Shown here: one piece after another, positions 22,407-32,979 of the stretch
How the letters are laid out: the number at the start of each line of letters is the position of its first letter
Numbering within the stretch: position 1 is the stretch's first letter
Made by a program: the position numbers and the translations under genes
Source: Bdellovibrionales bacterium
GTDB taxonomy: Bacteria; Bdellovibrionota; Bdellovibrionia; Bdellovibrionales; JAUICD01
Length of the DNA: 64,000 bases
Direction: 5' to 3'
Assembly (NCBI GenBank): GCA_965203275.1
Contig: OZ241865.1
Location: 544,001-608,000 of the forward strand
Notes under the pieces: generated by a model
The model's input: the letters and a program-made list of their open reading frames with translations, nothing else
Database searches by the model: none
What the model was told of the DNA's origin: nothing

Positions 22407-22763
22407 AATCTCTGGGATCCCGGGATCTGGGATCCGGGATCCTGGGATCCGGCAATCAGGCAACCCGGCATCAGATCCCGGGGTGAAATAAACAGCTTGT
22501 TTCCTTAACATGTAGTTAAGAAAGGAGGATATCCTCCCCTACTCAAAATGAGCAGTTTTTTGCGGCATTGCTCTTTTTAGACAGCGTAAGCTGTCAGAGC
22601 AATGCCCAAAAACACACCAGAGGTGTGGCTCATTTTGAGTGAAACAACTAACTCCCTACTAAAAGTAAACGGACTTTTGAGACATTGCTCTTTTTGGACA
22701 GCGTAAGCTGTCAGAGCAATGTCCAAAAGTAGCCAGAGGCTAGTTTACTTTTAGTGAAAAACA

Positions 22764-22865
22764 GTTCAGGCAATACTAGATTTGGAATTTGTTGGCTGTA
22801 TGAAATTAGCAAAACAAGCTGATAGATTAGGTGCTGTTTTGTACAAGTTATGTAAAAATACTTAA
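22764..22865 (+). pseudogene. C-terminal fragment of four-helix-bundle protein gene
   Basis: Translates VQAILDLEFVGCMKLAKQADRLGAVLYKLCKNT*, matching the fragment at 29280-29333. Confidence 0.7.
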
Positions 22866-23211
22866 ATTCAAATTTGATTTTTCCTGGGATCTGGGATCCG
22901 GGATCTGGCAACCCGGCATCAGATCCCGGGGTGAAATAAACAGCTTGTTTCCTTAACATGTAGTTAAGAAAGGAGGATATCCTCCCCTACTCAAAATGAG
23001 CAGTTTTTTGCGGCATTGCTCTTTTTAGACAGCGTAAGCTGTCAGAGCAATGCCCAAAAACACACCAGAGGTGTGGCTCATTTTGAGTGAAACAACTAAC
23101 TCCCTACTAAAAGTAAACGGACTTTTGAGACATTGCTCTTTTTGGACAGCGTAAGCTGTCAGAGCAATGTCCAAAAGTAGCCAGAGGCTAGTTTACTTTT
23201 AGTGAAAAACA

Positions 23212-23313
23212 GTTCAGGCAATACTAGATTTGGAATTTGTTGGCTGTATGAAATTAGCAAAACAAGCTGATAGATTAGGTGCTGTTTTGTACAAGTTATG
23301 TAAAAATACTTAA
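23212..23313 (+). pseudogene. Duplicate C-terminal fragment of four-helix-bundle protein gene
   Basis: Same sequence as 22764-22865, inside the 448-bp duplication. Confidence 0.7.
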
Positions 23314-24184
23314 ATTCAAATTTGATTTTTCCTGGGATCTGGGATCCGGGATCTGGCAACCCGGCATCAGATCACAGAAATGAACTTTTTCCTTAACATG
23401 AAGTAAAAAAATGAAGGGATCCTCCTTACTCAAAGTGAACAGGCTTTCTAGGTTGCCAGCATTTGAGAAGGCGATAGCCTTCGGCTGGCAACCAGAAAGT
23501 GGCCAGAGGCCAGTTCACTTTGAGTGAACCAACTAACTCCCTACTAAAAGTAAACGGACTTTTGAGGTAGCCAGCCTTTGATCGACGGCGGTAGCCGTCG
23601 GGCTGGCTACCCAAAAGTGACCAGAGGTCAGTTTACTTTTAGTGCAGATCAAATGAGGCAATGACCATTTTGCCAATGGCGAAAGCCATTGCGGTCATCG
23701 CCCAGGGTGTAAGAAGGAACTTTTTCCTTAACATGGGGTTTATCCGGGATCCGGGATCCGGCCACTGGCAACCCGGCAGGAGTGAAGCGAAAATCTTGTT
23801 TCCTTAACATTTCACTCAAAATGAGCCACACCGCTGGTGTGTTTTTTGGTGTTGCCTGCAAAGGCTTTCGCCTTTGACAAAATAGGCAACACCTAAAAAA
23901 TCCGCTCATTTTGAGTAGAGGAGGATCCTTTTATTCCTTTACAACATGTTAAGGAAAAAGTGTTTTTATTGTCTTAGGAGCAAGCGGGCTACGATAAAGA
24001 AACTTTTTCCTTAACATGGTGTTAAGAAATGAGGACATCCTTCTTCCTAAAATTGAACAAGCTTTCTAGGCAATGACCATTTTGCCAATGGCGAAAGCCA
24101 TTGCGGTCATTGCCAGAAAGTAGCCAGAGGCTAGTTCAATTTTAGGGAAACAGAGGCTAGACCACTTTTAGTGAACCAGAAGTG

Positions 24185-24685
24185 TTAATTTATCCCTATA
24201 GCATTTATTAATTCTAAAAGATGTGTTGTAAAGTAATGACGGGTTCCAATTTTAATAATACCTTTTTTACTTATCTGCACTTGTATATGAGAACTATCTG
24301 AAAACACAAATTCAATATCTTCAGACCATTCAAGAGGAGCTTTTAACATTTCAAGATCAACCTCATCTCTTATCTTAATATTGCAAAAGTCGTTAATACT
24401 CTTCTGCACTAACTCTAAAGGAGCATCACCTCTACCTATCCAATTTCCATCAACAAGTTTAAGGGAGGTAGCGTTTGTATTTGATTTGAACCTTATTTGC
24501 ATCTCCACAATATCATACTTACAAATTCGCTTGTTATATTTCGAGATATATTGATTGCGATCCTTTAATGAAGATATGTCAATATCTCCTTCTTGTTCTT
24601 GTGGTTTTAAATAGTAAATAAAACCAATCACACAAACAAATAAAAAACTTAAAACACTTATTCTAACAAATAATTGAATATTCAT
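24185..24685 (-). CDS. Hypothetical protein with N-terminal membrane anchor
   Basis: 166-aa ORF with hydrophobic N-terminus. Confidence 0.6.
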   Translation of the reverse strand: MNIQLFVRISVLSFLFVCVIGFIYYLKPQEQEGDIDISSLKDRNQYISKYNKRICKYDIVEMQIRFKSNTNATSLKLVDGNWIGRGDAPLELVQKSINDFCNIKIRDEVDLEMLKAPLEWSEDIEFVFSDSSHIQVQISKKGIIKIGTRHYFTTHLLELINAIGIN

Positions 24686-24954
24686 AATCTATTCCTTTAT
24701 TTTTAATACTTGTATTTTTAATACTTGCATTTATTAAACTTCTTAAACTTAATCCGAACCTTACAACATTTTGTAAAATATTTCAACCTAAATTTAAGTA
24801 TGTAATTTTTACATAAAAGTCCTTATAAATATTGTAAATATTCTCAGTTTAAATAGACCTTCGGCTCTAAGTAGGTTATAAATATTGATTTTTAAGCTAT
24901 TTAAAGATAATATTTTATAATAGAATTTAGTCAAGGATGAGGGGGAGATGATTA

Positions 24955-25728
24955 TCCGGGATCTGGGATCCGGGGGCTGGGATCCGGGACCTGGGATCCG
25001 GGGGCTGGGATCCGGGAACCGGGATCTGGGGGCTTGGGATCTGGGATCTGGCAACCCGGCAGACAGGCAAGGAAAAATCGTGTTAAGAGACAAAAGGATT
25101 ATCCCTAACCCCACCCACCACCCTTCAATTCTGCTTTTCCATTTGTATATTTTTTATGAGTGGAATGCGGGGTCAGGCTTCCGAAGTCCTCAATTTTTTT
25201 CACTCAAAATGAACTGGCCTCTGGCCACTTTCTGGTTGCCAGCCGAAGGCTATCGCCTTCTCAAATGCTGACAACCTAGAAAGCTTGTTCATTTTGAGTA
25301 GAGAAGGATCTCCTTGCTTCTGACACCATGTTAGGGAAAAAGTGCTTTTATTACATTAAAAGCAAGCGGGTTTACGAATGAAGTTACGAATGAAGTTCTT
25401 TTTCCTTAACATTGTGTTAAGAAATGAGGAGATCCTCCTTCCTAAAATTGAACAAGCTTTTGAGACAGTTAGCCTTTGATCGACGGCGAGAGCCGTCGGG
25501 CTAACTGTCCAAAAGTAGCCAGCAGTGATAAAGGAGCTTTTTCCTTAACATGGTGTTAAAAGAGGAAAGGATCCTTCCTACTCAAAGTGAACAGGCTTTC
25601 TAGGCGATGACCATTTTACCGATGGCGAAAGCCATCGTGGTCATCGCCAGAAAGTGGCCAGAGGCCAGTTCACTTTGAGTGAAACAGAGGCTAGTTCAAT
25701 TTTAGGGAACCAGACCACTTTTAGTGAA
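24955..25728. repeat. Heptamer array, family B fragment and family A doublet with nested arm
   Basis: (GGGATCY)n at 24955-25060; arms 25199-25728. Confidence 0.9.
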
Positions 25729-25738
25729 AGGATGATTT

Positions 25739-26992
25739 ATGCAAATATTTTATTTTTATTTACCTTTTAGCTATAAACTCAGAGGTTTTTTTTATAAAAC
25801 AAAAGTCTTAAAATTTTTAATGTTAAGTTTGATGGGCCTAATGCTCTCTTGTGATCGATTAGAATTCCAAGCAGGATCTTTTGAATTCAATGAAGATATT
25901 TTACAAGGAACAGAGGACAATCCCTCATCTCTACAAGCACCTCAAAGATCTCATTTTGTACATGTCACTCCTACTCAACGCATAGACCCATCAAAGATTC
26001 CTTTATGGTTTATAGATGATTTAAATTTTAATGGTATGGACAAGGCCATTAGCTATCAACTTAAAAGATTTCAACAGCTTTATTTATCTGGAACAATTCA
26101 ATTTGGAGAGGATGTGTATCCTAGGGCTATACTGCCTTTTGCACTGAGAAAATTTCAAGTCTTATATCATGCTTACAAAGACTGTTTAAGAAATCAAAAT
26201 ATGAATCAATGTCGGTATGCTTTCCATCAAGTTTTGATCAATCAATTTCATGTTTATGAGCCAAAAAGTTCTATCAATCGAAGTCATCCTGCTCATTTTA
26301 CTGCTTATTATCATCCTACACTTTTAGCTTCAAAGATTAGAACAAATAGGTTTAGATATGCAGTTTATGCAAAGCCTCAGGTAGCTCATTTAAGGACTCT
26401 TTCAAGATGTCAAATTGATATTCAAGGAAGACTTTTAGGTCATGGCTATGAATTATTCTATACTGACAATTTGTATAACATTTATAATTTGCACATTCAA
26501 GGAGGAGGGCAAACAGCTTTTGTTGATGGTAGCCGTAATTTTTATTTGCATTTTGATGGTAGCAACCAAAAACGTACAAGATTTTTTTCTAAACAAAGGT
26601 TTTTAGCAGCCAGTCCAAAGAGACAAGCTGAAATGATTTGTAGCTCACCTAATTATGTATATTTTAAACCATCCTTAAGGGCAGCCATTGGAAGTGACGA
26701 CGTGTCTTTAACAGATCACCGCTCTATAGCAACAGATAGCAGATATTATAGACAAAAAGGTATTTTAGCTTTTGTACAAGCTAAAAGGCCAAGTTACAAT
26801 ATATGGAGAGAAACAGGACGCATTCGCATACAAAACTTTTCTCGATTTGTTTTAGATCAAGACACTGGTAGTGCTATCCGAGGAAAAGCTCGTGTAGATT
26901 TATTTTTTGGCTATAGTCAATATGCCAGTGTAGCAGCTTATCATGTTAATAATTACGGAAGGTTATTTTTCTTGATGCCCAAAGGTCCCTAG
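25739..26992 (+). CDS. mltA: MltA-family lytic murein transglycosylase
   Basis: FTAYYHP, LHIQGGG, PNYVYF and DQDTGSAIRGKARVDLFFG (3D motif); lipobox LMLSC. Confidence 0.88.
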   Translation: MQIFYFYLPFSYKLRGFFYKTKVLKFLMLSLMGLMLSCDRLEFQAGSFEFNEDILQGTEDNPSSLQAPQRSHFVHVTPTQRIDPSKIPLWFIDDLNFNGMDKAISYQLKRFQQLYLSGTIQFGEDVYPRAILPFALRKFQVLYHAYKDCLRNQNMNQCRYAFHQVLINQFHVYEPKSSINRSHPAHFTAYYHPTLLASKIRTNRFRYAVYAKPQVAHLRTLSRCQIDIQGRLLGHGYELFYTDNLYNIYNLHIQGGGQTAFVDGSRNFYLHFDGSNQKRTRFFSKQRFLAASPKRQAEMICSSPNYVYFKPSLRAAIGSDDVSLTDHRSIATDSRYYRQKGILAFVQAKRPSYNIWRETGRIRIQNFSRFVLDQDTGSAIRGKARVDLFFGYSQYASVAAYHVNNYGRLFFLMPKGP

Positions 26993-27270
26993 ACTTTCAG
27001 ATAGCAGGTCACATACTTGCTTAGCTTTATGCATAAACTAAAATTACATATTACTTTCATTAAGTAAAACAAGCTGTCAAGCCTGTCTTTTAAAGGTTCT
27101 GTGTAAAGATATGTCATCATTATAAACTGCCTTGCTATCATATTTGAACTATGGTTTTTAAACCCACTTATAAATATTCTTTCTTATAAAGCTTATTATT
27201 TTTTATAATTCTATTTTATTTTTAAAATAAGTTTGCTGGAATAAAATAAATTTTCATACAATAAAAAGTT

Positions 27271-28506
27271 ATGCATCAAAAAATATTTTCCACATTGAAC
27301 TTTGTATCTAAAATATGCCTTTGTTTATATATAGAAACAATACTTTTGATTTTAACTCAAGGCTATGTTTATGCTCAGTCTATCTCTCTCCCCATCCGAA
27401 TGGATGATATAGAAGAAGTTTGGTCATTTATTGATATTGACCTTAATGAAATAGACAAGCTAGGTAATACTATTTTACATAGACATGCTGCTACAGGGCA
27501 TATTGATATTATAGATAGTTTGATAGGGCTTCGCATCACTGAAACCATGAATATTCACCAGACGAATCATCTAGGTAATACACCTTTGTATTCTGCTACT
27601 AGCAGTGGAAGAGAGGTGATCACTAAGATGTTCATTGATTTAGGTATGGACGTGAATGCCACAAATGATTCAGGTGAAACACCACTCCATATTGCCGCTC
27701 ATATAGGTGATATAGACATTATAAAAATTTTGATAGAAGCTGGTTCTGATCTTAATAAGAAAGACCTCATAGGTAAACAACCCCTCTATTACGCTGCAAG
27801 AGCTAGTAAAAATCAGGCTGTAGGCTTATTATTGGGTCATGGTGCTGATTTTGATAGAAACTATGAAATTTCTGATTATGATGAAGAATTGATACCCTAT
27901 ATTGAAAACATAGATAGTGAACTTTTACCTTATATTGATAAATATGAAAACCTTAAAGGTTCACCTATAAAGGATAATATTCGCTTTGCTTTTAAACGAC
28001 TAAGAATACTTTCAGCTAATTGTACAGTGAGATTAGAAACAATAGGTTTACGTTGGATTTTTATTGATCCTTATATTTGGAATGCTCTCAGCCCTTCAAT
28101 CAGAGAGTTATTGCTCTTTCATGAATTAGGGCATTGTGATTTAAACAGAGGACATGAAAATAATAGTTTTGTTGTATCTGTTATGAACTCAGGAGTTCCT
28201 TTCCAACCAATAGATGATTTATTATATGAAGAGCTTTTTTCAAAAAGGAACACATCGGAGCTTATTAATCAATGGAGTGAAGACGAAGAAGTTCTTAAAA
28301 AATTTACTCAAATAAGAAGAGGTATGTCCACATTTGAAATTCTTGATCTCATTGGCCATCCTATTTTTGCAGAGCAAAAGAGACAAGCAGAGTATTGGAG
28401 ATACAGTTTTTATCAACATAGACTATGGAAAGAAATTAAGTTTGATCAAGAGGGGCAAGTCACTGGCATTGAAGATTATAAAATTGCCATTTATCCAGAT
28501 ATCTAA
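27271..28506 (+). CDS. Ankyrin repeat + HExxH metallopeptidase-like + BamE/SmpA-like fusion protein
   Basis: About 4 ankyrin repeats (GNTPLY, GETPLHIAA); LLFHELGHCDLNRGH; IRRGMSTFEILDLIGHP..WRY. Confidence 0.7.
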   Translation: MHQKIFSTLNFVSKICLCLYIETILLILTQGYVYAQSISLPIRMDDIEEVWSFIDIDLNEIDKLGNTILHRHAATGHIDIIDSLIGLRITETMNIHQTNHLGNTPLYSATSSGREVITKMFIDLGMDVNATNDSGETPLHIAAHIGDIDIIKILIEAGSDLNKKDLIGKQPLYYAARASKNQAVGLLLGHGADFDRNYEISDYDEELIPYIENIDSELLPYIDKYENLKGSPIKDNIRFAFKRLRILSANCTVRLETIGLRWIFIDPYIWNALSPSIRELLLFHELGHCDLNRGHENNSFVVSVMNSGVPFQPIDDLLYEELFSKRNTSELINQWSEDEEVLKKFTQIRRGMSTFEILDLIGHPIFAEQKRQAEYWRYSFYQHRLWKEIKFDQEGQVTGIEDYKIAIYPDI

Positions 28507-29279
28507 TCAACATCTCACTAAAAATAAACCAGCCTCTGGCTACTTTTGGGCATTGGCTCACTAAAAGTGGTCTAGCCTCTGGCTACTTTCTGGCAATGAC
28601 CGCAATGGCTTTCGCCATTGGCAAAATGGTCATTGCCTAGAAAGCTTGACCACTTTTAGTAGGGAGGATCCCTTCGTCCCTTAACTCCATGTTAAGGAGT
28701 TGTTTCACTAAAAGTGGTCTAGCCTCTGGCTACTTTCTGGCGATGACCACGATGGCTTTCGCCATCGATAAAATGTTCATCGCCTAGAAAGCCTGACCAC
28801 TTTTAGTAGGAGGATCCTTTCCTCTTTTAACATCATGTTAAGGAAACAAAATGCTTTCAAAATTATATTAAAAGAGCAATGCCTCAAAAATCCGTTTATT
28901 TTTAGTAGGAAGAATCCTTTTGTCTCTTTACACGATGTTAAGGAAACAGTTCCTTCTGATCCCGGGTTGCCGGTTGCCGGATCCCGGATCCCGGATTGAC
29001 ACGATGTTAAGGAAACAGTTCTTTCTTACACCTTTTGGCTGTCGCCGTCGATCAAAGGCTGAGTTGTTTCACTCAAAGTGAACTGACCTCTGGTCACTTT
29101 TGGACAATGACCGCAAAGGCTTTCGCCTTTGACAAAATGGTCATTGTCTCAAAAGCCTGTTCACTTTGAGTAGAGAGGATCCTTTTTTCTCTTAACACCA
29201 TGTTAAGGAAAAAGAGTTCTTTCTGATCCCGGGTTGCCGGATGCCAGATCCCGGATCCCGGAAAAGATCAAATTTGACT

Positions 29280-29699
29280 TTAAGTATTTTTACACAGTTT
29301 GTATAAATAAGCTCCTAATTGATCAGCTTGTTTTGTTTCACTAAAAGTGGTCTAGCCTCTGGCTACTTTCTGGCGATGACCACGATGGCTTTTGCCATCG
29401 ATAAAATGGTCATCGCCTAGAAAGCCTGACCACTTTTAGTAGAAAGGATCTCTTCGTTTTTTAACACCATGTTAAGGAAAAAGAGTTTCATTGAGATTTC
29501 TTAGAGAGCCAAGACTAATATAATAAAATTTCCTACGATCTTTTGCTGTAGGTTTAGCAGATCCTTCAGCTAAGTTAAGTACAATACTTGAAACAGCCCT
29601 TCGAAATTGACTTCTATGAGGCTCTTTCAGATGTAATTTTTTAGAGTTACGATAAAACTGAGTAGCTAATTGATAAGTTTTGAATTTTTGCATCGTCAT
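29280..29699 (-). pseudogene. Four-helix-bundle protein (23S rRNA IVS-protein / bAvd-like family) interrupted by a family A arm
   Basis: N-part QFRRAVSSIVLNLAEGSAK..DRRKFYYISLGSLR; arm at 29335-29488; C-part KQADQLGAYLYKLCKNT* at 29333-29280. Confidence 0.8.
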
Positions 29700-29763
29700 A
29701 AAAATTTCCTCCTTTCTGAAAACCCGCCAGGGCTTGGGAGGAAATTTTTTAGATGCAAAAATT
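29683..29763 (-). promoter_or_regulatory. Hairpin occluding RBS and start codon of the four-helix-bundle gene
   Basis: aatttttgcatc..aaaaatttcctcc pairs with ggaggaaattttt-ATGac-gatgcaaaaatt. Confidence 0.65.
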
Positions 29764-30413
29764 TATTACGATCAATGCTTTAGGACCTGATGCCAGATTG
29801 TTTCACTAAAAGTGGTCTAGCCTCTGGCATGTTTTCTGGCAGTTAGCCCGACGGCTCTTGCCGTCGATCAAAGGCTGAGTTGTTTCACTCAAAGTGAACT
29901 GACCTCTGGTCACTTTTGGACAATGACCGCAAAGGCTTTCGCCTTTGACAAAATGGTCATTGTCTCAAAAGCCTGTTCACTTTGAGTAGAGAGGATCCTT
30001 TTTTCTCTTAACACCATGTTAAGGAAAAAGAGTTCTTTCTGATCCCTGACTGCCGGATCCCGGGTTGTTTCACTAAAAGTGGTCTAGCCTCTGGCTACTT
30101 TCTGGCGATGACCACGATGGCTTTCGCCATCGATAAAATGGTCATCGCCTAGAAAGCCTGACCACTTTTAGTAATGAGGATCTCTTCGTCTCTTGACCAC
30201 ATGTTAAGGAAACAAAATGCCTTTTCTGCCTGATGCCGGGTTGCCGGATCCCAGATCCCGGAGGGAAAATCAAATCAAAAATCAACTCACAAACCATGTA
30301 AATTATTCATATAAACCCTTGCAAAGAACATATTTTTTACAAACGTGTTTTTCTACTTGACATCGTGTTCTTCTTGCTTGCTATAAAGAAGCAAATATAG
30401 TATAGCCTTCCTT

Positions 30414-32525
30414 ATGATGAACAAATATCATCCTTTTTTATGTTTATTTTTTGTAGTCAATGTAATCAATGTTTGTAAGGCATTTGCCTTCCCACAAGAA
30501 GACTGCCCTGGCGTTTTACTTACCACTTTGGATAAAGATCATCAAAGGTTCAGAGAGCTTTCACCAGAAGCTCAAAACATGCTCCAGATAGCTTCAATCA
30601 TTGCTCAGGTGACACATAACAATGACTCTATACCAGCAAAAATGAATATTTATCATGTCCTACTTGCAGCTTTGACAAAAATCCAATCAGCCAATGAGGC
30701 CATCTATCGTTTAAATTTAGAGGATTTAGCTGGTGATGGTGAAAATAAAAGTGCATTATTTGTTGTGTTAGAGAATTTAGGGATTTTAAGAGATTTTCAA
30801 AGATTTCTTTTAAAAGAAATAGGTTTAAATAGTAGCAACCCAGAGCCTTTTGAATTCCAATCAGATAGATTACTTCTTCTCAATTTGAATGAAGCTGTAT
30901 TGACATCGATAAAAATTGACTATGATGAAGAATTTGATCGCTTATGGAACTTAGCTATTCGTGAGAAAGAAGAAGAGATCAGAACCATACATCGTCAAAA
31001 TGGTCGGATTTTACAACTTAGTAATACAGAAAATGTAGTCAGGTACATAAAAATTAGGGATAAGACAAAACGATATGATAAGACTTTTCGGATTCCCACA
31101 TTTCCAGAACATTTCTTTTTAGCATCCTTGCATGTTGATTTGCCTATTTTTCATTTTCTATCAGAGTATTTTGATGGTAAGACACCGGCTCAGATTAAAG
31201 GTACACTCTATCCATTGATAGATCAAGCTAAGCAATCTTTTTGGAATTTTTCAAAAAAGAAAAAACGCAATTCACATTCTAAAGAAGAAAAAGCAATAAT
31301 TACTCTTAAACTAGAAGCTCTCTTTGCAGATCATCCGGGAGGTTTAACTTTAAAGCAGATCAAGGCTGGAATAACAGAGTTTGCTAACAGTTCAGATAGG
31401 ACAATTCGCAACAGACTAAAGGAAAATGGGTATGGAGTTCAAGGAACTTTTCCGGGGGCTTTATGGAATCATCAAATAAGAATAGATAAAGAAAAGCCAA
31501 GACTTCGTCGCAAGCTAGAAACTCTCTTTGCAAATCATCCGGGAGGTTTAACTTTCAAGCAGATAAAGGCTGGAATATCAGAGTTTGCTAATATGCCAGA
31601 TAAGACAATTCACAACAGACTAAAGGAAAATGGGTATGGAGTTCAAGGAATTTTTCCGGGGGCTTTATGGAATCATCAAATAAGAATAGATGAAGAAAAG
31701 GCAAAACTTCGTCACGATCTAGAAGATCTCTTTGCAGATCATCCGGGAGGTTTAACTTTAAAGCAGATCAAGGCTGGAATAACAGAGTTTGCTAACATTT
31801 CAGATAGGACAATTCGCGAAAGACTAAAGGAAAATGGATATGAAGTTCAAGGACTCGGTCCGTATGCTTTATGGTATCAGCAAGGCCATCAAACAAGACA
31901 TGATGAAGAAAAAGCAATAATTACTCTTAAACTAGAAACTCTCTTTGCAGATCATCCGGGAGGTTTAACTTTCCAGCAGATAAAGGACGCTGGAATAACA
32001 GAGTTTGATAACATTTCAGATAAGACAATTCGCAACAGACTAATAGAAAATGGATATGAAGCTCAAGGAAGAAGTCGGAGTGCTTTATGGAATCATCCAA
32101 CAATAATAGATGAAAAAAAGGCAAGACTTCGTCGCAAGCTAGAAGTTCTCTTTGCAAATCATCCGGGAGGTTTAACTTTCCAGCAGATCAAGGCTGGAAT
32201 AACAGAGTTTGCTAACATTTCATATAGCACAATTCGCAACAGACTAAAGGAAAATGGGTATGAAGTTCAAGGACGTGTTCCGGGGGCTTTATGGCATCAG
32301 CAAGGCCATCAAACAAAAAAAGATGAAGAAAAGACAATAATTACTCTTAAACTAGAAACTCTCTTTGCAGATCATCCGGGAGGTTTAACTTTAAAGCAGA
32401 TCAAGGACGCTGGAATAACAGAGTTTGATAACATTTCAGATAAGACAATTCGCAACAGACTAATAGAAAATGGATATGAAGCTCAAAGACTCGGTCCGGG
32501 TGCTTTATGGAAAAAAAGAAAATAA
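30414..32525 (+). CDS. Secreted protein with six tandem winged-HTH-like repeats
   Basis: Signal peptide ending AFA; six roughly 68-71 aa repeats LFADHPGGLTxxQIKAGITEF..SxxTIRNRLKENGY (last one shorter). Confidence 0.75.
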   Translation: MMNKYHPFLCLFFVVNVINVCKAFAFPQEDCPGVLLTTLDKDHQRFRELSPEAQNMLQIASIIAQVTHNNDSIPAKMNIYHVLLAALTKIQSANEAIYRLNLEDLAGDGENKSALFVVLENLGILRDFQRFLLKEIGLNSSNPEPFEFQSDRLLLLNLNEAVLTSIKIDYDEEFDRLWNLAIREKEEEIRTIHRQNGRILQLSNTENVVRYIKIRDKTKRYDKTFRIPTFPEHFFLASLHVDLPIFHFLSEYFDGKTPAQIKGTLYPLIDQAKQSFWNFSKKKKRNSHSKEEKAIITLKLEALFADHPGGLTLKQIKAGITEFANSSDRTIRNRLKENGYGVQGTFPGALWNHQIRIDKEKPRLRRKLETLFANHPGGLTFKQIKAGISEFANMPDKTIHNRLKENGYGVQGIFPGALWNHQIRIDEEKAKLRHDLEDLFADHPGGLTLKQIKAGITEFANISDRTIRERLKENGYEVQGLGPYALWYQQGHQTRHDEEKAIITLKLETLFADHPGGLTFQQIKDAGITEFDNISDKTIRNRLIENGYEAQGRSRSALWNHPTIIDEKKARLRRKLEVLFANHPGGLTFQQIKAGITEFANISYSTIRNRLKENGYEVQGRVPGALWHQQGHQTKKDEEKTIITLKLETLFADHPGGLTLKQIKDAGITEFDNISDKTIRNRLIENGYEAQRLGPGALWKKRK

Positions 32526-32554
32526 ACATCTTGTCTCCCTAACATTTTGTTTAT

Positions 32555-32972
32555 CCGGGATCTGGGATCCGGCAACCCGGCATCAGATGAAACTCTTTTT
32601 CCTTAACATTTCACTAAAAGTGGTCTAGCCTCTGGCTACTTTCTGGCAATGACCGCAATGGCTTTCGCCATTGGCAAAATGGTCATTGCCTAGAAAGCTT
32701 GACCACTTTTAGTAGAGAAGGATCCCTTTATTCCTTTACAGCATGTTAAGGAAAAATTCTTTTATTGCCTCAAGAGCAAGCGACTTACGATAAAGGAACT
32801 TTTTCCTTAACATCGTGTTAAAAAATGAGGACATCCTCCTTCCTAAAATTGAACAAGCTTTTGAGACAGTTAGCCTTTGATCGACGGCGAGAGCCGTCGT
32901 GCTAACTGTCCAAAAGTAGCCAGAGGCTAGTTCAATTTTAGGGAAACAGAGGTTGGTTTACTTTTAGTGAGC
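32555..32972. repeat. Heptamer tail plus family A inverted doublet
   Basis: Forward arm from 32609, gagcaagc spacer at 32774, reverse arm to 32947. Confidence 0.9.
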
Positions 32973-32979
32973 CAAAGCC

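Larger units (their letters stand above)
22412..24177. repeat. Large family A/heptamer cluster including a 448-bp direct tandem duplication
   Basis: About 22460-22907 repeated at +448; many arms; inverted doublet 23810-24151. Confidence 0.9.
28513..30262. repeat. Large family A/heptamer cluster surrounding the four-helix-bundle gene
   Basis: At least 7 arms, all in one orientation, with several heptamer tails. Confidence 0.9.

Noticed and set aside
31280..32525. Tc1/IS630 transposase (HTH similarity)
   Set aside because: No DDE catalytic domain; the protein has a signal peptide and ends after the repeats.
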